Assembly: GCA_001600815.1 (NCBI GenBank)
Contig: BCKZ01000019.1
Coordinates: forward strand, 124,001-188,000
Source: Alloascoidea hylecoeti
Lineage: Eukaryota
Direction of reading: 5' to 3'
DNA: 64,000 nucleotides
The notes beneath the pieces are model-generated. The model saw nothing but the letters and a program-made list of their open reading frames with translations. It ran no database searches and was not told the origin of the DNA. Position numbers and translations under genes: made by a program. Shown here one piece after another: positions 49,715 through 62,868 of this stretch. Within the stretch, counting starts at the first letter, position 1; every line of letters begins with the position of its first letter.

Positions 49715-52700
49715 ATGAACTGGATTCCAAATATTCAACAACGGCTATTTTCGTTTGTTCTACATCAGATATCGATATTGTCGCCTTCGGCCTCTTTATC
49801 GGGCGCACACCCCCCCACAGATAGTGCTAATGGAGGGTTTGGTCCTCTGGAAATCGATACGGAGCTCATCTCTATGCCCGTACCTGGTTTAAACTTAAGG
49901 TCTGGCACGATAACAAAGCTAAATATACAGATGGTCGGGAGAACAGGATTAAAAGTTTGTGTGAAGGATGCTATAGCTGTTTTGGGTTTAAGGGAGCCCA
50001 TTTTTTCAGGTTTGGGTCATGTGAGTGATCTAGGCACGTCTTTTTCAAAGGATTTAGTTACTTCGATTCTTATCGACCCTTCAAATGAAAGTGGCGATGA
50101 TCACGATTTATCGGCTTCTTCAGTCTCAGATTTCAGAGATAGTATTAATGAAGATGAAAATGGTAAAGAAGGTTATTTTACAAATTATATGTCAAAAGTT
50201 TTGGAGCTTGCTTTATCAAAATTAAAAGTATCTTTGGAATCAACAAAATTAATCGTTATCATTGATGATGTGAACTTAGAGATTGAAATAGGAGATGTGG
50301 AGTTTTACGTTGTTGATGGAGTCAGGTTTGTGGAAGTTAAGTCTATTATTGTTAAAACTGGTTCACCCAATGATGAGAGAACAAGTGAAAATAATTCAGA
50401 TAATGAAGATGAACATGATAATGATGCATTAGAGAAGAGTGGTTTGATGGATAGTATGATGTTCACACATGAAGAAGCAAGTTCGATTTATATGAGTGCA
50501 ACTTCAAATCAATTTGCATCAACACGTTCATCGTCTATCGATTCATCAAACCCCAAACTAAATACAAACAATAATTATAATAATGATAGTAATATCTATG
50601 GGTTGAAATTAATCAGTATAAACTATATTTTATTGAAATTTAAAGGTTCAAATTTACATGATACTTCTATTGAGATTGATGAGATTGATACTGAAGGTGG
50701 AAATTTCCCTAATATATTGGTGGATGTATTACAATTTTTGAAGCGTTATTTAGCAACCCTAGCACAAGTTCAAAATTCGACTAAGAAAAAATCATCAAAG
50801 AATAAGAATAAGAACAATAAAAAACCAAATAATAAATCAAAAGAAGATGAAAATTACGAAAATGAGATTCCTGAAGATGATGCAGATTTCAGTTTTTCTA
50901 GCTTCCAGTTGAATAAACTAACCCTTCACCTCAATCCAATATCCAATGAGACTACGGAAACAGAAAATAATGATAATAGTGAAAGTCATACACAATTAAT
51001 CTTACAAAAGATCGAAGCAAATATGAATAAAGCAGGTCTTATCTATGGTAATATTTCTCATATTGAGATTTCGAATCTGGATTCACATGATAAAATATTT
51101 CAATTTATTTCAAATAATAACTCAAAATCAACTTCAAATACAGCGCATGACATTAAATTTGAATATTGGACTGGTTCTCAATCATCTAATGGAATCACAA
51201 TATTATGTCCTAAAAATACTGAAATCAAACTAACCGAAAATGATTTAAAAAATTTATGGAATATGTATTTAAAATTATCACCTTGTTTTGATATATTATC
51301 ATCAATTGGTTCAACACCTTCAAACTCAACGATAAATTATTCTCCTTCCTCTGATGCTAAAGTACCTTTTATTTTACAAACTGGAGTCCACAATATAAAT
51401 ATTTCTTTGCCTCATTCAAATGCATCCAATATTCTTGATTCTAAATCAAATAATAATTTGAATCTTGGTATTACGATATATCCAATCTCTTTTGATAATT
51501 ATTTAAAAACTTCCAAAATCATAATCAAATGGGAAAATAACGAAATTTCTATTAATAAAACTAGACTCATTTCATCTTCATCATCCCCTTCTCCTGCTTC
51601 TCCGACATATCCAAATAAATCATCTATGAGCTCATCATCTATGAACTCTTCATCAATGAAAAAACAATATGGACTTCAATTTTATGGTGAGAATGGTAAT
51701 GAAGTGAGGATTTCTGCATCGACTATTCTAAAAATTGATTCAGTTTTGGGTCGGTGTCATTTATCCCGATTACAAGCTCTCATCGACACATTTCAATCTT
51801 TCAGTAACTCTTTACCTTCTAAGCCAATTGTTAATACCGCTACGACCTCATTTAATGGAAATAAAAGTATTTATGGTTATAACACTGCATATGGTGGTGG
51901 TAGTATTGCAGTTGCAAAACGGAAAGTGAGAATGAATATGAATAGTACTATATTATACCCTCCTACACCATCGGTTAATCTTTTTATTTCAATAAATAGA
52001 GTTGCATTTAGTTTAAATTGTTCAATTTCAGATTCAACTTCATTGAATGGTATCGATACAAATAAAGATCAATTTGGGACATTAACTTTTGATTGTCGTC
52101 AAATTTTAACTGCTTTTTATGCAAATGATACAATACAATCATCAATACTTGATATTTTAATCTTAAGGTCATCGGATACAACTGGTTTAAATTCTGATCC
52201 AGTGTTTGAGCCATTAATTAAAAAATCGAATCCAAATATTAAGGATCTACCAATGCTTTTTCTTAAAACAAGTAATACCACAACAAATTTAACAGATGGG
52301 AAAAGTGAAAAGTTTATTAATGTTTACCCTAAAAACTTTGTTATTGAATATTTTACAAAATGGCTAGCTTTTTTAGATAAAGATGATGAAGAAAAGATTT
52401 ATAATGAAGATGGACAATATTTTGATGTCAAAGATGAAAATGATTCAGATGATGAAAAAGAAATTGGGAAATTAAATATTAGAGTTAATCTTGATGATTT
52501 TTCAATTGGTTTAAACCCTTATCAATTACAGTCAAAAGCTATACTTGTTGTTAAGAAAGGAACACTACATGTTACTGTCACAAATGGAACAACCTTAGCT
52601 AAATCTGTCATCAGATCAGCATCTATCTTTGTTATAGATGATAATATTAAAGGAAATGGTGGTGGGGCTGCAACTTCAACTTCAACTTCAACATTAAATG

Positions 52701-55700
52701 GTATTGGTCATGGTCGAGTTCCCAATTCGACTGGAAATGATAAAAACAGGTCTCAAATAAGTTGGTATAAACAATGTGGTTATGTTCCTGTTGCTAGTCT
52801 TAATTCTGTTCATCTTGAAACCAAAATCAACAATTATGAATCTTTAAGACAACACCCTCATCATTCTAATTTTTTCCTTAGCTCTCATCTATTACCATTA
52901 ATCGATATAAATATTTCAATTTCCAGTATTGTTCTTGAAGCTTGTGCTGATTCAATGCAAGCATTCCTTCAATTATCAAATGATTTAAAATTGCCGGTTC
53001 GTTTAGAGACGAGTCAAAAATTCAAAACAACAGTTGAAAAAGATATTAATGGTAAATTTTTAAATGTTTTTGATAATGTTGATGACTCTGCATTTAAATA
53101 TCCCAAACAATATGAAAGTTCAACAACCGCAAAGTCTGTTAGATCATTTTCATTTAATTCAGATGATATGGAATTTGTAGATAGCAATGTTCCACAACTT
53201 GATCTAGTTGAAAGTTATTATGGAGATAAGACTCAAACATTATTCAACTCGTCCTTACGAAATTCTGTTAGAAATAAACTTGGAGACGTTTCTACTTTAA
53301 TGGATAGTAATGCTAATATTTTACTTGATCGTGAATTTAATGAATTGGCTGTAAGCTTTACCAAAGATCATGAAACAGTATCAGGAAGTTCCAACAGTCT
53401 AGATGGTGTTGAAAATAGTACAGTAAGTATCGAAACTACCAAAGAAGGTGATCCACCTAATCCACACGACTCTTTACAGTTTAATAATAATTATTTTAAT
53501 CAATCTTTGGCAACACTAACTGGATATAAACCTGCTAAAATAATACCTATGGCACTTCGTCTTCTAATTTCAAATGCAAAGATTAACCTATATGATGGGT
53601 ATGATTGGGAGGTTACTAGAGATTCAATTAATAATGCTGTGAAAAGGGTTCAAGCAAGAGTTCAAGAAGCTAATATAAATTTAAGAGAAAAAATATTAAA
53701 AGAACAAGAAATCGAAAGAATACGTGGAAGACAGAAACTTGCCGATGATTTCTCTAAACGTAAAAAAACTGTTACACATCATGATGATTATAATGATGAC
53801 GATGAAGATGAAAATGAAGAAACACAAGTTATTGGTGAATATCTATATGACTCAATACATGTTGCATTGCCTGTTGGTTCTGATCCTTCGAGACTACGAA
53901 AGGATATTAATAGAAATCTTCATGATGATGAAGATACAAGCAGCATCTTTAGTAATAGTACAGCAACAAGTACAACTAACGGAATATCCACGAATGGAAA
54001 TGGACATCGAAGTAAGCATAATCATAAACACAAGGTGGCCTTACGCCGATCTAAATATTATAAAGTTCAAGTTGAAGCTAAAGATATAAATGTTGAAATG
54101 CTATGTCACTTACCCAGTGATTTAATTAAAACTGCAATCCACCAACAAAATAGTAAGAATGAAATTGATCCTGATGATGAAGATGCAGAACTTATAACCT
54201 CAGTAAATGTTAGGATCAAAGATCTTGAAATTCTTGATAATGTTCCAACATCAACTTGGAATAAATTTGTTACTTATTTACGTGAAGCTGGACAACGTGA
54301 AATTGGGGCCGATATGATACATTTCGCAATGGATACTGTAAGACCAGTACCAACACTTGATTCTATGGAATACCGAATAAAAGTTAATGTATTGCCATTA
54401 CGATTGCATGTTGATCAAGATACACTTGAATTTTTAACAAGGTTTGGAGAATTTAAAGATCCTAGATTTTTACCCAATGATCTTAGTTCTGATGATGATG
54501 AAATCCCGTTTATTCAAAGATTTAAAATTAACTCAGTTGTTGTCAAATTGGATTATAAACCTAAAAAGGTCGACTATTCTGGTATTAGATCTGGTCATAC
54601 AACTGAATTTATGAATTTCTTTATTTTAGATGAAGCTGATATGACATTAAGAAATTTAAAACTTTATGGTATTAGTGGATTTCCAAGATTATCCGATACC
54701 TTAAATGATATTTGGATGCCTGATATTAAAGCAAATCAATTAGGTGGTGTTCTTGCTGGGTTAGCGCCCGTAAAGTCTGTTGTTAAAATAGGTGGTGGAG
54801 TCAAAGATTTAGTAGTAATTCCAATACGTGAATACAAAAAAGATGGTAGAGCAGTAAGAAGTATTCAAAAAGGGGCGGTTGCTTTTGCTTTCACTACCAC
54901 CAATGAGTTATTAAAATTCGGGGCTAAATTAGCCGCTGGAACACAAACATTGCTAGAAAATGCAGAACATGCTCTTGGTGGTAATGGTAACCTTGTATCA
55001 GTTGAGTCAACTTCTGCTTCTAGAAATAATGGAAATGCGTATCGAATTGAAGAAGACTATGACGAAGATGACGAAGATGATAAATATTATGATGAAATGG
55101 GTGGTGGATTAATTCGAAATCGACTTGTTGCATCATCAATTTCTAATTTGGAGCAAAGTTTAAGATTTACTAGAAATGATTTTGATAATAATAACAGACG
55201 CTATTCACCAAGTTTTGTTTCTCGTTCACCTTTAAGGTCAGGTTCGAGAACACCCAGAGCACATGATCACGATGAGATTAATTCTGAGTCAGAGGTTGAA
55301 GAAAGTCATAAAGCTATCAGTTTATATGCTGTTCAGCCAATAAATGCAATCGAAGGACTTAAGCTAGCATATACGAGTTTGGAACGTAATTTGGGGGTTG
55401 CGAGAGATGCCGTTTATGGAATTGGCGATGAAGCATCAGAAAGTGGTAGTGCTCAGGTATGATTTTATTTATAAACAGATACTATTTTTCTACCTTTTTT
55501 GAATTTACTAACATATTTTTTATTGTCTTTTTTATAGGGTGCTGCAATTGCTGTTGCTAAAGCCGCACCTATAGCTATTATTCGACCAATGATAGGAGCT
55601 ACAGAAGCTGTATCCAAGGCCTTGTTTGGTGTTACCAATCAATTAGATCCAGAAAATAAAAGAAATGCCGAAGAAGTATGTTATCAATATTTGATTTCTA

Positions 55701-55772
55701 TTTCTCTTTAATTTTATATTTACTAACATCATTTTAATTTAGAAATATAAACGGATTGCTGGTAGAAGATAA
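49715..55772 (+). CDS. ATG2: Autophagy protein Atg2; join(49715..55456,55538..55675,55743..55772)
   Basis: N-terminal [59 protein letters not shown]. Two 3' introns (GTATGA/GTATGT..TACTAAC..TAG) restore the C-terminus [27 protein letters not shown]...EEKYK. Confidence 0.96.
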
Positions 55773-56204
55773 TAATGGTCTGGTCATGCTAAATAAGGTT
55801 AATGCTTTACAAACGGGGATATGAGGGTTTATATATTTTTATTGGAAGGAGAGATAATAGGGTTCTTTTTTTGGTTCTTTCTCAATTTATCATTTAATAT
55901 TGATGTGTCTCTTCATTATGGTAGTTCAATTCATAGTTTTTGTTGATTTCATGCACATTTTTTATTATTACTATTTATTCTGCATTCATTGGTTTAGAAT
56001 AATGTATTGAATTTTGCAATAAATATATAGAGAACATACTAATCATTGTTATATAATCTTATATGACTTAACTTATCGTTTATTTAAATTTACAATATTA
56101 GCAATGCTATAATTACTGACCACCATGAAGTTCACTTCGAGTTTTTAATTAAATTCCTTGATTTTATACTCTACGACTGTATGGTAGTATAAAATTATTT
56201 TCAA

Positions 56205-57071
56205 TTATTTAAATGAGTCCCATTCCCATTCTCCGTTATTAACAAAATCATTTTGAGTTTCAATGAAGCTCAATCCCTTACCCGGACCTTGAGCAGCTGG
56301 AGTATCAACGAAAATTAAAAATTCGGAAGGTTCTTTCAATCCTCTTTTATATACTTCATTTGCTATTTTGAGTTGTTCTTCTAATGGTAGAACTGTAACT
56401 TCAAGTTTCTTACCAGTTGACTTCTTATATAGATCAATAAAATGTCTCTTTGGTAATAGAGCTGAATTGAATAATATCTTATCAGGAATTGTTGATGGGT
56501 CCTTTGAAATAACACTTGCAATAACTTTCCCGATATCTGAAAGCGATGAGAAAGAAACAGGGTAATCTTCTTTCCCAATTAACGTATATTTACCTGATGA
56601 GAATAAAAAGGCATTTTCTCCCAGATAAAAGTCTGCAAATAAACCACTTTTTAATAACACTGTTTTTAACCCACTAGCACGAGCTGCTTCGTAATGTGAT
56701 CTTTTACCATCGTAAATTTTAGCCCAATCGCTATTCTCATAATCGGTACCAAATTCCGAAGGAATATAAAGCTTAATGTTACTTTTAATTGCAGATTTTA
56801 AGAGGTTATCCCAATTGGAACCAGGACCTGAAATGTTGACAAGGACATCAGCACCTTTCAATGCTTCAGTTAGTTCCTCAATGGATGTATTTGGAGCAGC
56901 ATAGTACTTTACTTGATCAGTATCTTTTACCTTTGAAACATCTCTAGTAATAACACGAATTGGGAAAGTAAATTTTTTAGCGAATAAAGNTGAAGTAATT
57001 GCTGAGATAGTAGGTTTTCCCAAGAATCCATTAGCACCAAAGATTGCAACAACTGGTTTGTAAGAGGACAT
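56205..57071 (-). CDS. NmrA-like / isoflavone-reductase-like NAD(P)-binding oxidoreductase, copy 1
   Basis: VAIFGANGFLG Rossmann motif, ALKGADVLVN, YIPSEFG, K in DGKR; one N at 56990. Confidence 0.9.
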   Translation of the reverse strand: MSSYKPVVAIFGANGFLGKPTISAITSXLFAKKFTFPIRVITRDVSKVKDTDQVKYYAAPNTSIEELTEALKGADVLVNISGPGSNWDNLLKSAIKSNIKLYIPSEFGTDYENSDWAKIYDGKRSHYEAARASGLKTVLLKSGLFADFYLGENAFLFSSGKYTLIGKEDYPVSFSSLSDIGKVIASVISKDPSTIPDKILFNSALLPKRHFIDLYKKSTGKKLEVTVLPLEEQLKIANEVYKRGLKEPSEFLIFVDTPAAQGPGKGLSFIETQNDFVNNGEWEWDSFK

Positions 57072-58725
57072 TTTATTTCAAGTATAATTATGATTTTGTA
57101 TAGAACTTTTTAGAGTCAGAAAGATAATTGTTAAAAAGTAATAAAAGTAATAGTGATATTAGTCCTTTTATATATTTGTCGACTATATAAACATTATATG
57201 AGCATTAATTACTAATTATTTAAGTATATTGATCATTTTTAAAGCTTATGTGATTATTTGTAATTGGATATGCATGCAGGAACGAACAAAGTATTGGGCC
57301 ATACTTCTAGTTTCTCTAAATTTAGTTAATCAATTAAAGCTACCATGTATAAAATATCACTTGGTGTCAAATAAACGAAATATCTTTCGGTATCGCAAAT
57401 ATATAACTTCGGTAAAGAAAAAGAGAAGCAGTAGCTCCACGACGCAAATACTCTCAAAAGAGTTTAGACTCTAGATCTATGATAAATAAATATTAACGAT
57501 TGACAAAAAAAAAAATTCGTAATCAAAGGACTCGATGAGATGATTATCAATTTGTATAAGCTTAATTGGAGATTTCACAGTTACTATTGTTTAGCATATG
57601 CAATCGAAATAATATTTAATTAAGGAATATGCATGGCTGTGCAGAATAATGCATACAGAGATAGATTATAAATATTTATATAAGCAATATTAAGCATTAC
57701 AAATGATGAATACGCAAATAAGTAATGTTTATATAATGTTAAAATATGTAGTCGACAAATATATAAAAGGACTAATATCACTATTACTTTTATTACTTTT
57801 TAACAATTATCTTTCTGACTCTAAAAAGTTCTATACAAAATCATAATTATACTTGAAATAAAATGTCCTCTTACAAACCAGTTGTTGCAATCTTTGGTGC
57901 TAATGGATTCTTGGGAAAACCTACTATCTCAGCAATTACTTCANCTTTATTCGCTAAAAAATTTACTTTCCCAATTCGTGTTATTACTAGAGATGTTTCA
58001 AAGGTAAAAGATACTGATCAAGTAAAGTACTATGCTGCTCCAAATACATCCATTGAGGAACTAACTGAAGCATTGAAAGGTGCTGATGTCCTTGTCAACA
58101 TTTCAGGTCCTGGTTCCAATTGGGATAACCTCTTAAAATCTGCAATTAAAAGTAACATTAAGCTTTATATTCCTTCGGAATTTGGTACCGATTATGAAAA
58201 TAGCGATTGGGCTAAAATTTACGATGGTAAAAGATCACATTACGAAGCAGCTCGTGCTAGTGGGTTAAAAACAGTGTTATTAAAAAGTGGTTTATTTGCA
58301 GACTTTTATCTGGGAGAAAATGCCTTTTTATTCTCATCAGGTAAATATACGTTAATTGGGAAAGAAGATTACCCTGTTTCTTTCTCATCGCTTTCAGATA
58401 TCGGGAAAGTTATTGCAAGTGTTATTTCAAAGGACCCATCAACAATTCCTGATAAGATATTATTCAATTCAGCTCTATTACCAAAGAGACATTTTATTGA
58501 TCTATATAAGAAGTCAACTGGTAAGAAACTTGAAGTTACAGTTCTACCATTAGAAGAACAACTCAAAATAGCAAATGAAGTATATAAAAGAGGATTGAAA
58601 GAACCTTCCGAATTTTTAATTTTCGTTGATACTCCAGCTGCTCAAGGTCCGGGTAAGGGATTGAGCTTCATTGAAACTCAAAATGATTTTGTTAATAACG
58701 GAGAATGGGAATGGGACTCATTTAA
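56209..58725. repeat. Inverted repeat: arms 56209..57185 and 57749..58725 (977 bp), spacer 57186..57748
   Basis: Paired positions sum to 114934 throughout. Only one difference was noticed by eye (56736 vs 58198, synonymous GAG/GAA), plus the same N in both arms. Confidence 0.97.
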
Positions 58726-58729
58726 TTAG
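57863..58729 (+). CDS. NmrA-like / isoflavone-reductase-like oxidoreductase, copy 2
   Basis: Translation identical to copy 1 except the last residue (N vs K); N at 57944. Confidence 0.9.
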   Translation: MSSYKPVVAIFGANGFLGKPTISAITSXLFAKKFTFPIRVITRDVSKVKDTDQVKYYAAPNTSIEELTEALKGADVLVNISGPGSNWDNLLKSAIKSNIKLYIPSEFGTDYENSDWAKIYDGKRSHYEAARASGLKTVLLKSGLFADFYLGENAFLFSSGKYTLIGKEDYPVSFSSLSDIGKVIASVISKDPSTIPDKILFNSALLPKRHFIDLYKKSTGKKLEVTVLPLEEQLKIANEVYKRGLKEPSEFLIFVDTPAAQGPGKGLSFIETQNDFVNNGEWEWDSFN

Positions 58730-59319
58730 AAATATTATTAATTATTGTAATAAATAAGATCAACAAACAGCAAGTCACAAAAGGTAAATAGCAGATAAGA
58801 TAAGAAAATAACACTACAAATTGCAAGATATCAAAAGGTATGTCTTGGTATAAGTGGTGTCTTTTATATTTTATATTTTATATTTTTGCTAATGACAAGT
58901 GATAACCAACTCGTGTAGTCCGATAAATAATATCCGTAAATATCAAATAAGTATCAGCAGCTGTTTTATCTGTAAAGCTTCTGGTGTGATACCAATTCGT
59001 AAATTTAGAGTGCTGAAAATGACTCTGATTGATTTGTTCGGTTAAAGAAATTCACCAATTGGAAATTATTCAGCTGCCATATGCCATGGCAGTAATACTA
59101 GTATCTAGCAAGTAGATTATTTGCTACAAAAGGTAAGGAGTTTGAGCTAATTACATTCCGTATCTATAACTTTCATAATGTTACTTAAAAGATTAAGAGA
59201 ATTAGAGCAAATACGGTGTTCAGATTGCTTAATTATGCTCGGAATTTTTGACTAAGTTTTTCAATTCTGCTCCTTACGTGCACACTTGTGAAGTGATTTT
59301 AAATTGATCTCGATTCTCA

Positions 59320-59600
59320 AGTCCCTTAACCCCGCACCATCATATTTGATAGACTCTTTGCATTCCAATATGTCAATCTCATTTGTACCAATTACCACAA
59401 CCTGTAATAAGTGGCTTATTTAAGTACTTTTGCTGAATTCCTCAGTTGAGTATACACATCTAAAAATTGATATAAATGATAGTATTATCTATTTTATTTC
59501 ATACCCCTATAATAGCTATTGACTCCAAGAGATATCACCAATATATGATGCATGTATAAATTATCGCAACAATTTATTGCTCAGTCCTTAATAAAGAACC
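59320..59600 (-). mobile_element. Dispersed repeat family A, copy 3 (inverted)
   Basis: aaccccgcaccat, gctgaattc and tataatagctat...tcaccaata match the reverse complement of 26570-26920 in order and with similar spacing. Confidence 0.5.
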
Positions 59601-60271
59601 AATTAAAGGACTATTGCATTGATTTCAATCCAATTGGAGCGTAAAAATTTTATCTTTACTTTTTCTAATTAATTCATGAGTCTCGAAAGTAGAAAACAAC
59701 AAAAACATAAAAATAAATGCTTATTTCAGAACATAAAATCTTAGAATTTCTCGACTTATTACATAGCCTATAATTAATGTACGCTAAAATGATAGGATTA
59801 CTTATTTTACTCTGCAATTCCTAAAAATATGGTAATTCCAAGGTATACATATATATATCTCTAAAATATACAGATATATGCCAAGTATAATTGTTAGAAG
59901 GCTAATTAAAGGCCTTGTGCAATTGATTAAAGAGCAATTAAAAGAATGGTATTGCTTATATTTGCTTTACCCTACTCATTATCTTTCCACAACAAACCTA
60001 TGCCCAATTTCCGAGCAGCTGTCTCAACCCTTGTGTTTTGGTGGAATGTTCGGGAAAGAAGCTCTATAAGCCGAAGCATATCATTTCTTCAGTAAAACAA
60101 CTACATATACCCCTTTTTGTTAGGAAATACCAAAAGTAATATTTGGGTGACTAGACTTGTTTGATTGGCTTTTCCTGTCATGTGTGTGATACAATTATAA
60201 GCATTGAGTGTTTGAGTTAAAAAGACAATTGCTTAATCCAGTTAATCTAGAATTATCTGGGCAATTTTTAC

Positions 60272-60294
60272 TGTGTGTGTGTGTGTGTGTGTGT
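60272..60294. repeat. (TG)n microsatellite
   Basis: Direct reading. Confidence 0.9.
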
Positions 60295-62868
60295 ACTTAT
60301 AATAATTACGTAAAGTATACGACTCTATTTGTGTGCATAAAACCTATTAACCGCCGAATCATTCTTATGCCAACGTGAAGATTTCATTAATATAGCTATA
60401 AGGCTTAGACCAAAAACTTGATAAACTAGATTCTCTATTGAAAATGTACTAGTAATAACTAATTAAGAATGAGATTTTGCGAGCAAGACTGTGTGAATTG
60501 TGTATTATGGAAGTTTTGAATGTTTTCCACCCCAGTTTGAGTCTCTCTACAACAATTTTCAGAAAAAGGTTTTAAAACGTGGTATTTGGATAGGTCCCAA
60601 TATTAATTGTAAAGGGGCTCACTGTTATATTTATAAAAGCTCATGTTAATTGACAGATTTACTATTCTATATAATCAATTGCAGGGCTGATTCAATTCTG
60701 CAAAATTTCAGCTTACTCGAAATATTACCAAAATATCTGAAAACTAAATTAGTTAATTGGCCAATTATTTGGGAATCAATATGTACCCTAAGATTATTTT
60801 CTTGAGTTTATATAGCTATAGAAATTGCCTGTAATTAAAGACACACGCAACACATTTATCGTCCGACATCATCTAGTAATTGTGTGTGTTGAAAGTTATT
60901 CAGCTAATATGCTGAACCTAATTAATTGTTTGAAAAGTATAGAACTGTTGATAGCGATTTGATTTATAAAATAGAGAGAATTGTAGGAATTATCATCTAC
61001 AATAATAAACGAATAGTACAAATGTAATATCAGCTATAGGTTTATATATATTGATGTCATAACTCTAGAAATAAAATATAATTATCATCAACTACAATAT
61101 ACAAGTTGAAATTAGTTGGAGATAAACAGAAGTTGACTATCTAGTGATTCATTTAGTTGAGAATTAAGGACTATTCTATTCTTACTTACAAGTAGCTATT
61201 AATTTATACCGGTGTTATATCCAACGTAATTGAACGTATAACTCAGAGCATCACCAGCCATAATATTATAAATATTAAATATGCAGTATATACTATATAT
61301 ATAGGGCATATATTTTTTTATGCTGGCATGCACTATCGGAAGATTAATGTATGATTATACAGATAATATAATATTTATTATTTTAAATTGGTTATTTATA
61401 TGAATGCGGCTAAACTCATACAGACAATAATCAATTATATTTCCAGATCTAAAGAACAAGAGATCTTGGCGATGTTGGCACGGCCTGGCTATATGGGAAA
61501 AGTGAAGCTAGGTTTCAAAATTGTCATAATTATAGACTGCAGCTTACCAACGATTATATGTTACCTTAAACCATATAATTTGATTCACGGTTAATATGCA
61601 CTTATGATTGCTCGTTTTTTTCCTCGCAATTTAAATTTATACTATTATTTGCTATAACTAGGTGCTGCTAATTATTTGATCATAAATACTATAATATAAG
61701 GCCTTTATATATGGGTAGTTGCAAAGTTCAGCAAACTTTTAATTAATTGAAATTTCAATCACATTTTAATACAAAGACGTACAATAATATTTTATTAAAT
61801 TGCGCAATTATGTCTCATTATAACTTAATTTATAAGGCATTTTGGTGGTGTATGGTATAAATGTAATCTAAGATTATGTCATATCACGGGTGAGATTTCT
61901 ATATAAAATTGATAATGCGCTTACAATCAGTTTTTAATGGTTAATGGTGGTAATCAGCGTTAAGATTCGTCATCTCAACTGTAACACCAATATTCTCCCC
62001 CAATTATTATTGGCCGTAGCGTTTTCTATAACTAATTACACCGGAGATCAAATTATTGCAACATATGACTCTGCTTTGCACATGTATTAATATCGTCGAA
62101 CTCTACCTCTCTCATACTTCATGATGTATTAAATGTAACCAGGTATTTGTTTCACCAAAAAGTCGCACGACTCCTTGTCGACTGCTGTAGCTAGAATTCA
62201 CCTACAAACAGTCATTAATCAGTTTAAACGCTAACACTTAATTTATACTTGTTTCGCGACCGGCTAAATAAGAAATGTTTATGTAGCAGAATCAAAATAT
62301 AGTGTATTATATGCTGAATTATCGTCTGCCAGCTTGCAATCGCTATTGCAATGCATATGTTACCTGTATACCAAGATTTACGTATATTTAATTTTATAAT
62401 ATTTACAGATATGTATTAAAGAAGCCGTGCATATACTACACAATCGTCGCCGCATAATTATTCTATTTATCTATATCTTTTTTATAATAATTCATTCTCA
62501 TTTATAAATAGAGAAGACAGCAAATAAGATCATATAAGATTTATATATATCGCTTTTATCGCTTTTTTACTTTCGTAGGGCATAAAATAATTATATAATT
62601 ATAATTAATACATATTATATACCGTGAAAAATATCATGATAATTTGCAATTGAAAAGAAAAATGTAACATTGAAGTATATTCGATAGAAAAATAGAAACT
62701 GGGAAAATTAATCAAGATCAATATGGTAAATATAAAAAGAATCACATTTTCTTAGATTTATATTCATTATTTGAAATTTGATTGTAATTGATTTGAGTTA
62801 TCGAAATTATTATTTTATACCTGTACATTAATATTACAACATTAATCTATATCATAATATATTCAAAA

